Source of the DNA: Vulcanimicrobiales bacterium
GTDB lineage: Bacteria; Vulcanimicrobiota; Vulcanimicrobiia; Vulcanimicrobiales; Vulcanimicrobiaceae
DNA: 64,000 nt
Assembly (NCBI GenBank): GCA_038231455.1
Contig: JBBRLI010000015.1
Location: forward strand, 1 to 64,000
Direction: 5' to 3'
The translations under genes and the position numbers were made by a program. Shown here one piece after another: positions 39,168 through 49,482 of the stretch (positions are counted from its first letter, which is position 1; each line of letters begins with the position of its first letter). Under the pieces are notes generated by a model. It searched no databases, was not told the origin of the DNA, and was given only the letters and a program-made list of their open reading frames with translations.

Positions 39168-41959
39168 GAGCGGCCGAAAAGGCGCGCGAGAATTCCGGGC
39201 TTTTTGCTTTCGGTCGCGGTCCCGGCGTGCGCGATTTGCGTTTGCATCGCGCGGTCGCGTTCGGTGCGCGCGAGACGCTGCATGTGTTCGTCAGCGTGCG
39301 TTTCAAGCGTTGCGATGAGCGCGAGGAGCTCGTTCCACGCCGCAGGCGCCCGATGTTCCTCAATCGCTTCGCGGTATTCGAGCGTCGAGACGGTAAAGAT
39401 GCGCTGTGGCGTAATGCCGCGCTCGGTGAGATAGCGATCCGCGAGCATGACAACGTTCCGCCGTTCGGTCGGCGCTTCGTTATCGGCGATCGTATGCACG
39501 AAGGTCATCGGCGTGCCGGATTCCGCGACCCGACCGTAGAGTTCGAGTTCGCGGTCGGAGAGTTGTCGCGAGAACAGTGCCAAGACTTCGCTTGCTTTCG
39601 AGGATGCGGCAAGCGCGATATCGCTTGCATGCGATGCGCCGCTATCGAATGCCGGCGCGTGCACGAGCACGAGCTGGCGCGGTAATTTCCAAGGCACCTC
39701 GATCAGGACGGGCGTTCGGGTAGCCGCGGCGCCGGCCGCCGAGAGTTCGATCGGATTCCAACCGGCGTCATCGCCAAGTTCGTAGGCGCGCGCCTCGGGG
39801 CCGTAGCGCACGTGGACCGGAAAGGCGAACTCTTCGGTGCCGCCCTCATCGTCCAGCACGCGCGAGCCCGCAACGGCATTGATCAGCGCCGACTTGCCGC
39901 GCTTGAATGCGCCGAGCACGACGACGCGCCAGCGTTCGGGACGTAGGCCGCGCTCGTAGGTGATCGGATCGAATTGATCGGTTGCATCAGCGTGCTGCGT
40001 GCCGGCGACAAGATCGAGGGGAACGTCGGAATCCGCGCGGTCTCGACGCTCGGCGCCGCTCGCCGCAGCGAAGCTCGTCACATCACGTTCGATCGTCGCG
40101 ATCGCCTCTGCAAGCGCCGCACGCTGGGTACCGAGCGCGGCAATCGCGGCGTCGCGATCGATCCGCGCGGCGTGAGCTGCGAGTGCGCGATCGACGCTAC
40201 CAATCGATTCGGTGCCAAGTCGCTCGGGGAGGACGCGCACGAGTGCGGCGAGATCTTCGTAGATGCCGCCGATACGCGCGGCAATATCGGAGAAGAACGC
40301 CGCAATCTGGGCATCGAACGCCGGGAAGAGCTCGGCAGCAAGATCCGCCTGCAATTCGCGCTTCATGTATTGGCCGGATTGTTTGGCTGCGAAACGGCGC
40401 GCGATCGAATCGACGAACGTGACGGCCGGACCGCCGATAGCACCAAGAACGATCGTGGAGCGCAACCCCGTCGCAAGATCCGCGGACCACGTCCCGGTAC
40501 CGGGATCCGCATCGAAGCGCCGTGCTGCCAAATCGACGAGCGGAATGCGTTCCGCTCGTACGGCCGCGACGACCGCGCGCAGTTCGGCAAGATCGCCGGG
40601 CGCCTCGATGACCCGATGGATCGCCGCGTCCGCGGCCGTATCGAGCGTTTTTGCAACTTCGTTTGCTGCGTCGCTAGCAAAGCGCCCGACGACGGCTGCG
40701 AGCGTATCGTCAACGATGATGTGGAGCTTGCCTCGGTCGCGCAGCTTTGCGACATCCGCGGTGTCGAAAGCGCGTGCGATCGTCCGTTCGAGTTGGCGGC
40801 GCACGTCGAGGCCACGCGTCTCAACCGCCGCACGCGCCGCCGTTGCGGCTTCCAGCAAGCGCTGCGCCTCGCGCTCGCCGGCTTCATCGAGTGCCGCGAG
40901 TGCCGGTGTCAGTGCGCTGCGGCGCGACGTCAAGGCAGCGGTGTCGAGCGCGAGCGCTTCGGCATCGAGGGTGAGTGCGGTAGCGGCGCGCGCGGCGAAC
41001 GTTTGCGCGGTCGCAAGCGTGCGAGCAAGTCGATCGCGCCCGGCGGTTGCGACGAGTGATGCGTCGAGAGCACTCAGGAACTCAGCGAACCGCGACTGGT
41101 TCACGAGCGTCGCGTCGCCGCGCAGCGTTCCTTCCGCGTATTCACGCGCGGAGAGTGGAAAGACGGGCGTGTGCGGTGAGTGAATTGCCGCTTGCGCGAG
41201 AATGCGCGCGCTCGCGTTCTGCCACGCCTCGCGTTCGCCTTCGCGCATCCGCCAAAGATCGATCTTCGTCTGAACGATGAAGACGCTCTCGATATAGCGT
41301 CGCACGATTCCAAGAAACGAGGCATCGCCTTCGGTAAACGGCTGTTGCGTATCGATCAAGTAGAGAACGGCATCCGCCGTCGGGAGATACGAAAGCGTTG
41401 CCCGCCGATGGGCCGGATTGATCGAAGCAAGACCCGGCGTATCGGCAACGACGAAGCCGTTCTTCAGAAACGGCGAATCGACGGTAACGCGTACGAGGGT
41501 TGGCGCGCCGGAATCATCACCGGTGGCATCGTGCAGTTTTGCCTCCTCGCCGACGGCGACAAAACGTGAAAGACGTCCGAGAGGAATGCGCTCCTCGCGG
41601 CCGCTTGCATAGATCGCGGTCGCGGTCTCTTCGCTTGCGTACCGCAGTTCGGTGATCGTCGCCGTCGACGGATTGATGTCCGTCGCTAAGAGGCCGACGA
41701 TGCGCGAGGATCCCGCGCGCTCTTCGAACCCAATCTTCCCGAGCAGTGCGTTGAGCAAGAACGATTTGCCGCTCGAAAATTCGCCGACTACCGCGAGAAC
41801 GAAAGGCGCGTTTTCAAGCCGCGTTTGAAGGGCGGATAGCGCTGCACGGTCGGCATCGGCACCAAACCACGTTGCATGGCTCGCGCCGGCAAGCACGGCG
41901 AGTTCGCGCACGACGGCATCACGCGCGCGCGCGTAGCGGTCGAGTCCGGTTTCGCTCAC
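39164..41959 (-). CDS. Bacterial dynamin-like protein with two G domains
   Basis: G1 GEFSSGKS, G3 DTPG and G4 TKID; helical middle region; second P-loop GAFKRGKS. Confidence 0.88.
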   Translation of the reverse strand: MSETGLDRYARARDAVVRELAVLAGASHATWFGADADRAALSALQTRLENAPFVLAVVGEFSSGKSFLLNALLGKIGFEERAGSSRIVGLLATDINPSTATITELRYASEETATAIYASGREERIPLGRLSRFVAVGEEAKLHDATGDDSGAPTLVRVTVDSPFLKNGFVVADTPGLASINPAHRRATLSYLPTADAVLYLIDTQQPFTEGDASFLGIVRRYIESVFIVQTKIDLWRMREGEREAWQNASARILAQAAIHSPHTPVFPLSAREYAEGTLRGDATLVNQSRFAEFLSALDASLVATAGRDRLARTLATAQTFAARAATALTLDAEALALDTAALTSRRSALTPALAALDEAGEREAQRLLEAATAARAAVETRGLDVRRQLERTIARAFDTADVAKLRDRGKLHIIVDDTLAAVVGRFASDAANEVAKTLDTAADAAIHRVIEAPGDLAELRAVVAAVRAERIPLVDLAARRFDADPGTGTWSADLATGLRSTIVLGAIGGPAVTFVDSIARRFAAKQSGQYMKRELQADLAAELFPAFDAQIAAFFSDIAARIGGIYEDLAALVRVLPERLGTESIGSVDRALAAHAARIDRDAAIAALGTQRAALAEAIATIERDVTSFAAASGAERRDRADSDVPLDLVAGTQHADATDQFDPITYERGLRPERWRVVVLGAFKRGKSALINAVAGSRVLDDEGGTEEFAFPVHVRYGPEARAYELGDDAGWNPIELSAAGAAATRTPVLIEVPWKLPRQLVLVHAPAFDSGASHASDIALAASSKASEVLALFSRQLSDRELELYGRVAESGTPMTFVHTIADNEAPTERRNVVMLADRYLTERGITPQRIFTVSTLEYREAIEEHRAPAAWNELLALIATLETHADEHMQRLARTERDRAMQTQIAHAGTATESKKPGILARLFGRS

Positions 41960-42906
41960 GCCGCGAGCGCTCGCATCAGTGCCGACGGATCGTCGGCAGA
42001 AACGAAGACCCGTTGGATGCCTTCGACCGGCTCGCGCAGATCGACGCAGACGGTCGGACTACCGAGAAGGACGAGGCACGGATTTTTTCCGGCGAGCTTG
42101 GCGAAATCCGATTTGGTGATCGACGGTGGGACAAGAGAACATGACGCGATCGATGCAAGCGGAAGTACGAACCGTCGGAACGGCCCGCACCGAAAGACCA
42201 TGCGATCGCCGATAAGTTGATGTGGCCGGTTCCGAAAGAGCGCGACCAGTCCGTACGCCCAGACGAGTGTGTAGATGTGAACGGCGAGACTTCCGAGCCG
42301 CCACCAGATAGGAGCGTGCCACAGCATCAAATCGATCGCGATGAGTTCGGGGATCATGAAGAGCGGCATCGCCAAGAGAAACGGCGTGTACATCGATTGA
42401 TCGTGATAGTGAAAGCCGAGGGGACGAGGCGTCCGAAAACCGCCACCTAGGTAGCGTAGCGATGAGACGACGATCATCGATTCGACAGCGAAGAAGCGCG
42501 CTAGCGCCTGCGGAGCGAATTCCGCGAAGCGCTGCGCGAGGATGTCTTCTGGCATATCGACATCATCACGCGCCGTACGATCGCGAAGGACGCTGACGAT
42601 GACGTACGCGACGATGCTCAGTTCGACGAGGCCAACGAGGAGCATCAAAACAACCGGCGGCCGTCCGGACAGCGCAAATTCAAGACTCGCTGCGCATCCG
42701 ATCAGCGCGAAGAACACCCGCGTCCACGGTGCTCGACCCGAGCGGGCATGTCCGATATCGATCGTCAGTTGCGCTGCTACTGCTCCAAGGAGTGCGAATC
42801 GTCCGATGCGCGCCACACGCGGAATCGGAATGCCAAGAAGTGCGAACCCAAAGCTCGCGCAAGCGAGGACCAGTGCCAGGACACGGATGGCGAACAGCAG
42901 CTTCAT
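41956..42906 (-). CDS. Multi-pass membrane protein with C-terminal PH-like beta domain, hypothetical
   Basis: About six hydrophobic segments; 4-nt overlap with the dynamin gene. Confidence 0.75.
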   Translation of the reverse strand: MKLLFAIRVLALVLACASFGFALLGIPIPRVARIGRFALLGAVAAQLTIDIGHARSGRAPWTRVFFALIGCAASLEFALSGRPPVVLMLLVGLVELSIVAYVIVSVLRDRTARDDVDMPEDILAQRFAEFAPQALARFFAVESMIVVSSLRYLGGGFRTPRPLGFHYHDQSMYTPFLLAMPLFMIPELIAIDLMLWHAPIWWRLGSLAVHIYTLVWAYGLVALFRNRPHQLIGDRMVFRCGPFRRFVLPLASIASCSLVPPSITKSDFAKLAGKNPCLVLLGSPTVCVDLREPVEGIQRVFVSADDPSALMRALAA

Positions 42907-42919
42907 GGCCGCATCTCCG

Positions 42920-44281
42920 TTACGAGCGAATCAGCGCGAGGGCTTCGTCGCGGTGCTGCTCCATGAGGGCCTTCGTGTCTCCTTCGACGTTGAGCCGAAT
43001 GAGGGGTTCGGTATTCGAGGCGCGCACGTTCATCCACCACGACGGGTAAGAAATCGTTATACCGTCGAGGTGATCGATTGTTGCATCCGCGTATTTCTTT
43101 TGCAGGAGGTCGAGTTTCGCCGGAATGTCGGCGACTTTGGAATTGATCTCGCCCGAACGGAATCGCGTATCGATCGGTGCGATTACCTGCGAGACCGTTT
43201 CGCCATTCGTGCTCGCGCGACTAAAGAGCGCGAGGCACTGCATGAGCGCGATCATGCCGGAGTCGGCGAACCAGTTATCGCGGAAGTAGAAATGTCCGGA
43301 GTGTTCGCCGCCAAAGGGGATGTTCTGATCGCGCATCGTTTTTTTGATGATCGAATGGCCGACTTGCGAACGCACCGGAATTCCACCGGCTTTTTCGATG
43401 GCTTCGGGCACGCTGCGGCTGCAGATCAAATTATAGAGAATTTTTTGGCCCGGATTTTTTACGAGCGTATCGACGCCGACGAGCGCCGTAACGATGCCGC
43501 CGTCGATCAAATCGCCCTTTTCATCGACGATGAACATGCGGTCGGCATCGCCGTCGAAGGCGACCCCGAGATCGCACTTGTTCGCAAGGACGGCTTTTTG
43601 TAGATCGACCATGTTTTCGGGTTCGATCGGGCTTGCCGGATGGTTCGGGAACGTGCCGTCCAGCTCGAAAAAGAGTGGGATGACCTCGCACGGCAGATGC
43701 TTGAAGACGTAGGGGACGGTTTCGCCCGCCATACCGTTGCCTGCGTCGATCGCGATCTTGAACGGTTTGATGGCCTTGGGATCGCCGGCAAACGAAATGC
43801 AGTGGAGGGCGAAGTCTTCCAAGATATCTTTGTGCACGATCGTGCCGCGCTGCGCGACGGGTGCAGGCCAGTTGCCCTGCGCGATCCGATCGCGAATCGC
43901 TCCCAGCCCCGTCTCGAGCGAAATCGCCATCGCGCCCTCGCCGCAGAACTTCATGCCGTTGTAGTCGGCCGGGTTATGCGATGCGGTGATCATCACGCCA
44001 CCGTCGAATCCAAACTTGCCAACCGCAAAATAGAGCGCGTCGGTCGAAACGAGGCCGATTTGGGTGACGTTTGCGCCGGCGTCGTTTGCGCCACGCGAGA
44101 GCGCCGCAAGCAGGCTCTCTCCTGATGGGCGCATATCGCGCCCGATACAGATGTTTTTCTTTCCCAGGACTTCCGGGAACGCGCGTCCGATGTCATAAGC
44201 AAGTTCGTCGTTGAGCTGCGTCGGGACGATTCCCCGCACGTCATAGCTCTTAAAAATCGAGAGATCGAGTTGCGTCGGCAT
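42920..44281 (-). CDS. manB: Phosphomannomutase/phosphoglucomutase
   Basis: FKSYDVRG, TASHNP, FDGDADR, GEHSGH and RASNTEP. Confidence 0.93.
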   Translation of the reverse strand: MPTQLDLSIFKSYDVRGIVPTQLNDELAYDIGRAFPEVLGKKNICIGRDMRPSGESLLAALSRGANDAGANVTQIGLVSTDALYFAVGKFGFDGGVMITASHNPADYNGMKFCGEGAMAISLETGLGAIRDRIAQGNWPAPVAQRGTIVHKDILEDFALHCISFAGDPKAIKPFKIAIDAGNGMAGETVPYVFKHLPCEVIPLFFELDGTFPNHPASPIEPENMVDLQKAVLANKCDLGVAFDGDADRMFIVDEKGDLIDGGIVTALVGVDTLVKNPGQKILYNLICSRSVPEAIEKAGGIPVRSQVGHSIIKKTMRDQNIPFGGEHSGHFYFRDNWFADSGMIALMQCLALFSRASTNGETVSQVIAPIDTRFRSGEINSKVADIPAKLDLLQKKYADATIDHLDGITISYPSWWMNVRASNTEPLIRLNVEGDTKALMEQHRDEALALIRS

Positions 44282-44304
44282 ACGAAGCCGCTTCGGAGGG
44301 TCCG

Positions 44305-45267
44305 GTGGGTAAACCTACGGTTTTAGTTACGCGTAAGATTATGCAAGATGGGGTCGATTTGCTCGCCTCCGTCTTCGACGTTGATTATAACGTCGAGGAC
44401 CGGCCGTTTTCGACAAGCGAACTGATCGAGCGCGCGAAGTCAAAAGACGCGCTGGTGACGATCTTGACCGACCGTATCGATGCAGCGGTGCTCGCGCAGT
44501 TGCCGGGTCTCAAAGTCGTCGCGAACGTCGCCGTCGGTTACGACAACATCGATACCGAGGCGGCGAAGAAACACAACGTCGCGGTCACCAATACGCCGGG
44601 CGTGCTCACCGAGGCGACGGCGGACTTCGCCTTTACGCTGCTGCTCGCAGCAGCGCGTCGCGTCGCAGAAGCCGACCGTTACGTGCGCGCTGGGAAATTC
44701 CATAGCTGGGAAATGATGGGTTTTCACGGCGGCGATTTAGCCGGGGCGACGCTCGGCATCGCGGGCCTGGGACGCATCGGCGCGGCCGTCGCGCGCCGCG
44801 GTCGGGGATTCGGCATGCACGTGATCTACGCCGACGAACAGCGCGCCGATTCTGCGATCGAAGTCGAACTCGGCGCGCGCTACGTCGATAAAGAGACGCT
44901 GCTGCGATCGAGTGATTACTTGAGCCTGCACGTCCCGCTCTTGCCACAAACGCAGCACTACATCGGCGAACTCGAACTGCAAGCGATGAAGAAGACAGCG
45001 TATCTCGTCAATAGCTCGCGCGGTCCCGTCGTCGATGAAGCGGCGCTGGCGCGCGCGCTGCGCGACGGCGAGATCGCGGGCGCGGGACTCGACGTGTTCG
45101 AACGCGAGCCGCAAGTCGATCCGCTCCTGCTCACGCTCGAGAACGTGGTCCTCGCGCCGCACATCGCCTCGGCGACCGTCGCAACGCGCCGCAAAATGGC
45201 CGTCATGGCCGCCGAAAACGCGATCGCGGTCGTCGGCGGACACGAGCCGCCTAACCGCGTCGTCTAG
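44305..45267 (+). CDS. D-glycerate dehydrogenase / glyoxylate reductase (D-2-hydroxyacid dehydrogenase)
   Basis: AVGYDNID, GLGRIG, NSSRG, DVFEREP and PHIAS. Confidence 0.93.
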   Translation: MGKPTVLVTRKIMQDGVDLLASVFDVDYNVEDRPFSTSELIERAKSKDALVTILTDRIDAAVLAQLPGLKVVANVAVGYDNIDTEAAKKHNVAVTNTPGVLTEATADFAFTLLLAAARRVAEADRYVRAGKFHSWEMMGFHGGDLAGATLGIAGLGRIGAAVARRGRGFGMHVIYADEQRADSAIEVELGARYVDKETLLRSSDYLSLHVPLLPQTQHYIGELELQAMKKTAYLVNSSRGPVVDEAALARALRDGEIAGAGLDVFEREPQVDPLLLTLENVVLAPHIASATVATRRKMAVMAAENAIAVVGGHEPPNRVV

Positions 45268-45896
45268 GGCGCTTCGAGGTCGCGGATGGTCACGTCGGTG
45301 GCGTCCGCGATGCGCTCGGGAATGCGCAACCAAAATGGCGTCGGATCGGAGCGATCGCGCGCGCCCATGGGAATTCCGAACGCCCGCTCGCGCAGTGCGG
45401 CCCGCGCTCGGCGCGCATCGCTAAGCGTCGCGTAGCTGTTCGACGCATCGAGAAAATCATTGCCTCGTACGACGACGACGTAGCGCAAGCGCGGTCCCGG
45501 CTCGTCGTCGAACTGAGCGACTGTTTCGAGTGTCCGCATCAGCGCTGTACGGTCGATGCCGACACGTGTGAGTGCACCTTCGAGTGATTCGTCCGCTTCT
45601 CGCGCCGCGACGACAAGCAGATCCCAAGGCGTCACGAGCACCGCGCCGCGTGCCTGGGCGTCGAGTTGCGCCCGTGTAGCGAGCGTAGCGATCTCCGCAT
45701 CGTCGCTCGAGCCGCGTGCGCGCGCACAGGCCGCAAGCGCGATCGCGCGATCCGCCGCAAGAACGATCGCATCGATCCCATCCAAGCGGTCGAGGGTGGC
45801 GAAGAAGAGCGCCGGGGCGCGGTCGTGGTGCGTCGCCCAGGCGGCGGCCTTCACCAGCGCCGATGCTGCGGTCCGCCCGAACGGCGGCAACATCAT
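45264..45896 (-). CDS. Hypothetical protein with a Clp N-terminal-repeat-like region
   Basis: RAQLDAQARGAVLVTPWDLLVVAA...LTRVGID resembles a Clp_N repeat. Confidence 0.5.
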   Translation of the reverse strand: MMLPPFGRTAASALVKAAAWATHHDRAPALFFATLDRLDGIDAIVLAADRAIALAACARARGSSDDAEIATLATRAQLDAQARGAVLVTPWDLLVVAAREADESLEGALTRVGIDRTALMRTLETVAQFDDEPGPRLRYVVVVRGNDFLDASNSYATLSDARRARAALRERAFGIPMGARDRSDPTPFWLRIPERIADATDVTIRDLEAP

Positions 45897-46850
45897 TTAC
45901 GCCACGCTAGCGGTGGTCTTCGCCAAAAACGATTCGATCGCGGTGGCCATCGCCTCGGGTTCTTCTTCGTGCGGAACCAGACCGGAGTTCGCGAAGGTCG
46001 CAAGGGTCGCGCGCTGCGCGAGCTTCACGAAATCGTGCGCTTTCGTTACGGGGCTGATCGACGATGCTTTTTCGCCCCAGGCGACCAGAATCGGTGAGTC
46101 GACGAATGGGAGGTCGCGCGCGACCCCGCAGTTGAGTCCGCCGCCGACGAACGCTGCCGGCACGAAACGCGACCCGGGTTGGTGCGTGACGGCGTAATAA
46201 TGATCGAGCACCTCCGGTGTGATTGAAGCCGGATCGGCATACGACTGATTAGTAAGAAACCACTTGAGCGACGGCTTCGAAGCAAGTCCATTGAAGAAGG
46301 CCTCTCCGAGCAGCGGCGAGCGGATCATTCCGGTAAGTCCCGCTTGTACGGCGTTGGGCTGCTCGTCCAAGATTCCGAGACCCGTCGGGCAGATCACGAC
46401 AAGATGCTTGACCCGGTCAAGGGCCCGCGAGGTCGCGCGAATCGCAAACGCTCCGCCAAGCGACGAGCCAACAAGCGTGGTTGGTTCTGCGCCGAAAACG
46501 CCGAGCGAATCGACGATCTGCTCGACGAAGAGTTCGGCGGAGTACGGAATGTTCGGCCGATCCGAGAGCCCGCAACCGAGCAGATCGAAGGCCACGACGT
46601 GGTGATTCTGCGCGAGCAGCGGAAAGAGCTTACGGTATTCGTATGATGAAGCTCCCGCGTAGACACCGTGCACGAGGATTACTAAGGGACCGCTTCCCGC
46701 CTCGGTCGCGAAGATGTCATAGCCGCGCCACGTCCAGCGATGCTGCGTGCCGCCGAGATGATTTTGCGGGAGAGGGCCCTGGCGTAAACCGCGGTTCATC
46801 GCGGCGACGGCACCCGTGAGGCCCGCTCCGGCGACGATCGGCCGCAGCAT
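45897..46850 (-). CDS. Alpha/beta hydrolase
   Basis: LVHG, FDLLGCGLSD, GSSLGG nucleophile elbow and PHEE; ATG 46850. Confidence 0.9.
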   Translation of the reverse strand: MLRPIVAGAGLTGAVAAMNRGLRQGPLPQNHLGGTQHRWTWRGYDIFATEAGSGPLVILVHGVYAGASSYEYRKLFPLLAQNHHVVAFDLLGCGLSDRPNIPYSAELFVEQIVDSLGVFGAEPTTLVGSSLGGAFAIRATSRALDRVKHLVVICPTGLGILDEQPNAVQAGLTGMIRSPLLGEAFFNGLASKPSLKWFLTNQSYADPASITPEVLDHYYAVTHQPGSRFVPAAFVGGGLNCGVARDLPFVDSPILVAWGEKASSISPVTKAHDFVKLAQRATLATFANSGLVPHEEEPEAMATAIESFLAKTTASVA

Positions 46851-46962
46851 CCGTTTTAACAATCGAGCCCCCTGAAGATATGGTGACGATGTCGAGTTCG
46901 GCAGCGCCCGCGCTAGACATTCGTCCATAGTCGCGCTTTCTGAATCCGCGTATGCTTGGTTC

Positions 46963-47085
46963 ATGGAATTTGCATTCGCTCTCGCCTCCTTTGTCGCGCT
47001 GATGGTAGCGTGGCTCGTGATGCCGGGTTCGCGTAAAGCGTCCGACATTTCACTCGCCCCGGAAGCGCTTCGACAAACTGCCTAA
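46963..47085 (+). CDS. Leaderless 40-aa single-TM small protein upstream of amtB
   Basis: TATGCT-N6-ATG; MEFAFALASFVALMVAWLVMPGSRKASDISLAPEALRQTA. Confidence 0.65.
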   Translation: MEFAFALASFVALMVAWLVMPGSRKASDISLAPEALRQTA

Positions 47086-47226
47086 CTTCGTCGAACTACC
47101 GATCCGTCGGTAGCGAAGTTTCCTAACCATTCATCCCTCACCTCAGGCGTGAGGGATGAATGATCTTGGTCGTTCTTGCGACCGCCTAACGCCAGCCGAT
47201 GCTTACGAGCATCGGTCTTTCTTCTT
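47084..47226 (+). promoter_or_regulatory. Structured amtB leader (attenuator-like)
   Basis: Hairpins at 47084-47120, 47128-47162 (perfect 14 bp) and 47168-47183; three CCTAAC copies; terminator at the 3' end. Confidence 0.6.
47195..47226 (+). terminator. Intrinsic terminator-like hairpin just upstream of amtB
   Basis: GCCGATGCT-TACG-AGCATCGGT followed by CTTTCTTCTT. Confidence 0.6.
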
Positions 47227-47238
47227 ACGTGGAGTACG

Positions 47239-48477
<1,239 letters not shown>

Positions 48478-48502
48478 TCGGCGTCGTCGAACGCTAATCG
48501 TC

Positions 48503-48537
48503 GAGAGGTCCGGCTTTGGCCGGGCCTCTTCTCGTTT
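48503..48537 (+). terminator. Rho-independent terminator after amtB
   Basis: AGAGGTCCGGC-TTTG-GCCGGGCCTCT followed by a pyrimidine tract. Confidence 0.65.
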
Positions 48538-48579
48538 GCAAGGAGCACTCGGGCACCGCAGCGCACGTCTTGGCTTGAG

Positions 48580-49026
48580 ATGAATCGACGGAGATTCGGC
48601 CTACTCGCGGTGGGGACGCTGATCCTCACCTGCAGTCTCGCACCAGGCGCGGCACGCGCAGCCGAGCCGTGTTCGGTGACGGCCGGTCAGCCGGTGGTGC
48701 TGATGTCAAGCGAGCTTGACCCCGATGTCTTCGTCTGGGACGCGCGTCAACGCGCAACGGACTACGTAGGCGGTTACTATAAGAGCGCAAACGACGTTAT
48801 GGTGCACACGATGATCTCCAAGCCCGGCACACGGGCGCTCGTTGTTTCTTGTATCCGCGGCGGTGCGCAAGCGAAATTCACCAAGCGTCCCGTGGACGTG
48901 ATCGGCCTGAAGATCCTCACCGGTCCCGATCGCGGCCGCTACGGTTGGGTAACGGCAGAGGACGTGCACGTCCCGCAATCGGCGTCCACGCTAACCGCCG
49001 TCAAAGGCTCGCCGCCACAGCCCTAG
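48580..49026 (+). CDS. Secreted hypothetical protein
   Basis: RR-containing signal peptide ending ARA-A; C-terminal GRYGWV SH3-like segment. Confidence 0.7.
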   Translation: MNRRRFGLLAVGTLILTCSLAPGAARAAEPCSVTAGQPVVLMSSELDPDVFVWDARQRATDYVGGYYKSANDVMVHTMISKPGTRALVVSCIRGGAQAKFTKRPVDVIGLKILTGPDRGRYGWVTAEDVHVPQSASTLTAVKGSPPQP

Positions 49027-49053
49027 GCACCGACGTTTCCGGTCGAGTTTCGG

Positions 49054-49425
49054 TCACGAAGCCAGAGGCGTATCGTCCAGTGGATTGATCGCAACGATGG
49101 AGAGGACGCGCACGAGTCCGGTAATCGTGAAGAGTTTGACGATGCGCGGATTTACGCAAACGACCTGAAAGGTGCCGCCGCGCTCCTGCAGCGCGCGGTG
49201 TAACCGCAATAGGCTCGTCAGTCCGGTGGAATCGACCATCGTCGCGCCATTGAGATCCACGGCGAGGTGCTGCGTATCCGACTCGACACATGCGAGCAGC
49301 GTTGATTCGAACGCCGGAACGGAAGCAATATCGAGATCACCGGCGACGAGCGCGTGAACGGCGTTCGGGGTATGCCGCACGAGGGTCATCGAAAACGACG
49401 ACGCGGTCAGGGTGCGCTTAGCCAA
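49054..49425 (-). CDS. STAS domain anti-sigma factor antagonist
   Basis: GDLDIA, DLNGATMVDSTGL (phosphoacceptor Ser) and LFTITGL; GGAGG RBS. Confidence 0.9.
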   Translation of the reverse strand: MAKRTLTASSFSMTLVRHTPNAVHALVAGDLDIASVPAFESTLLACVESDTQHLAVDLNGATMVDSTGLTSLLRLHRALQERGGTFQVVCVNPRIVKLFTITGLVRVLSIVAINPLDDTPLAS

Positions 49426-49430
49426 CGTGT

Positions 49431-49471
49431 GCCTCCGGTCGGTTGCTTTTCAAGCGTACCCGACCGGAGGC
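49431..49471 (-). promoter_or_regulatory. Hairpin sequestering the STAS gene RBS
   Basis: 12-bp perfect stem GCCTCCGGTCGG/CCGACCGGAGGC containing GGAGG. Confidence 0.55.
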
Positions 49472-49482
49472 CATTCGTAACG

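Noticed and set aside
47121-47165. glnA (glutamine) riboswitch upstream of amtB
   Set aside because: The TTCATC stem is reminiscent, but I could not find the conserved junction and E-loop nucleotides; kept as an unknown structured leader
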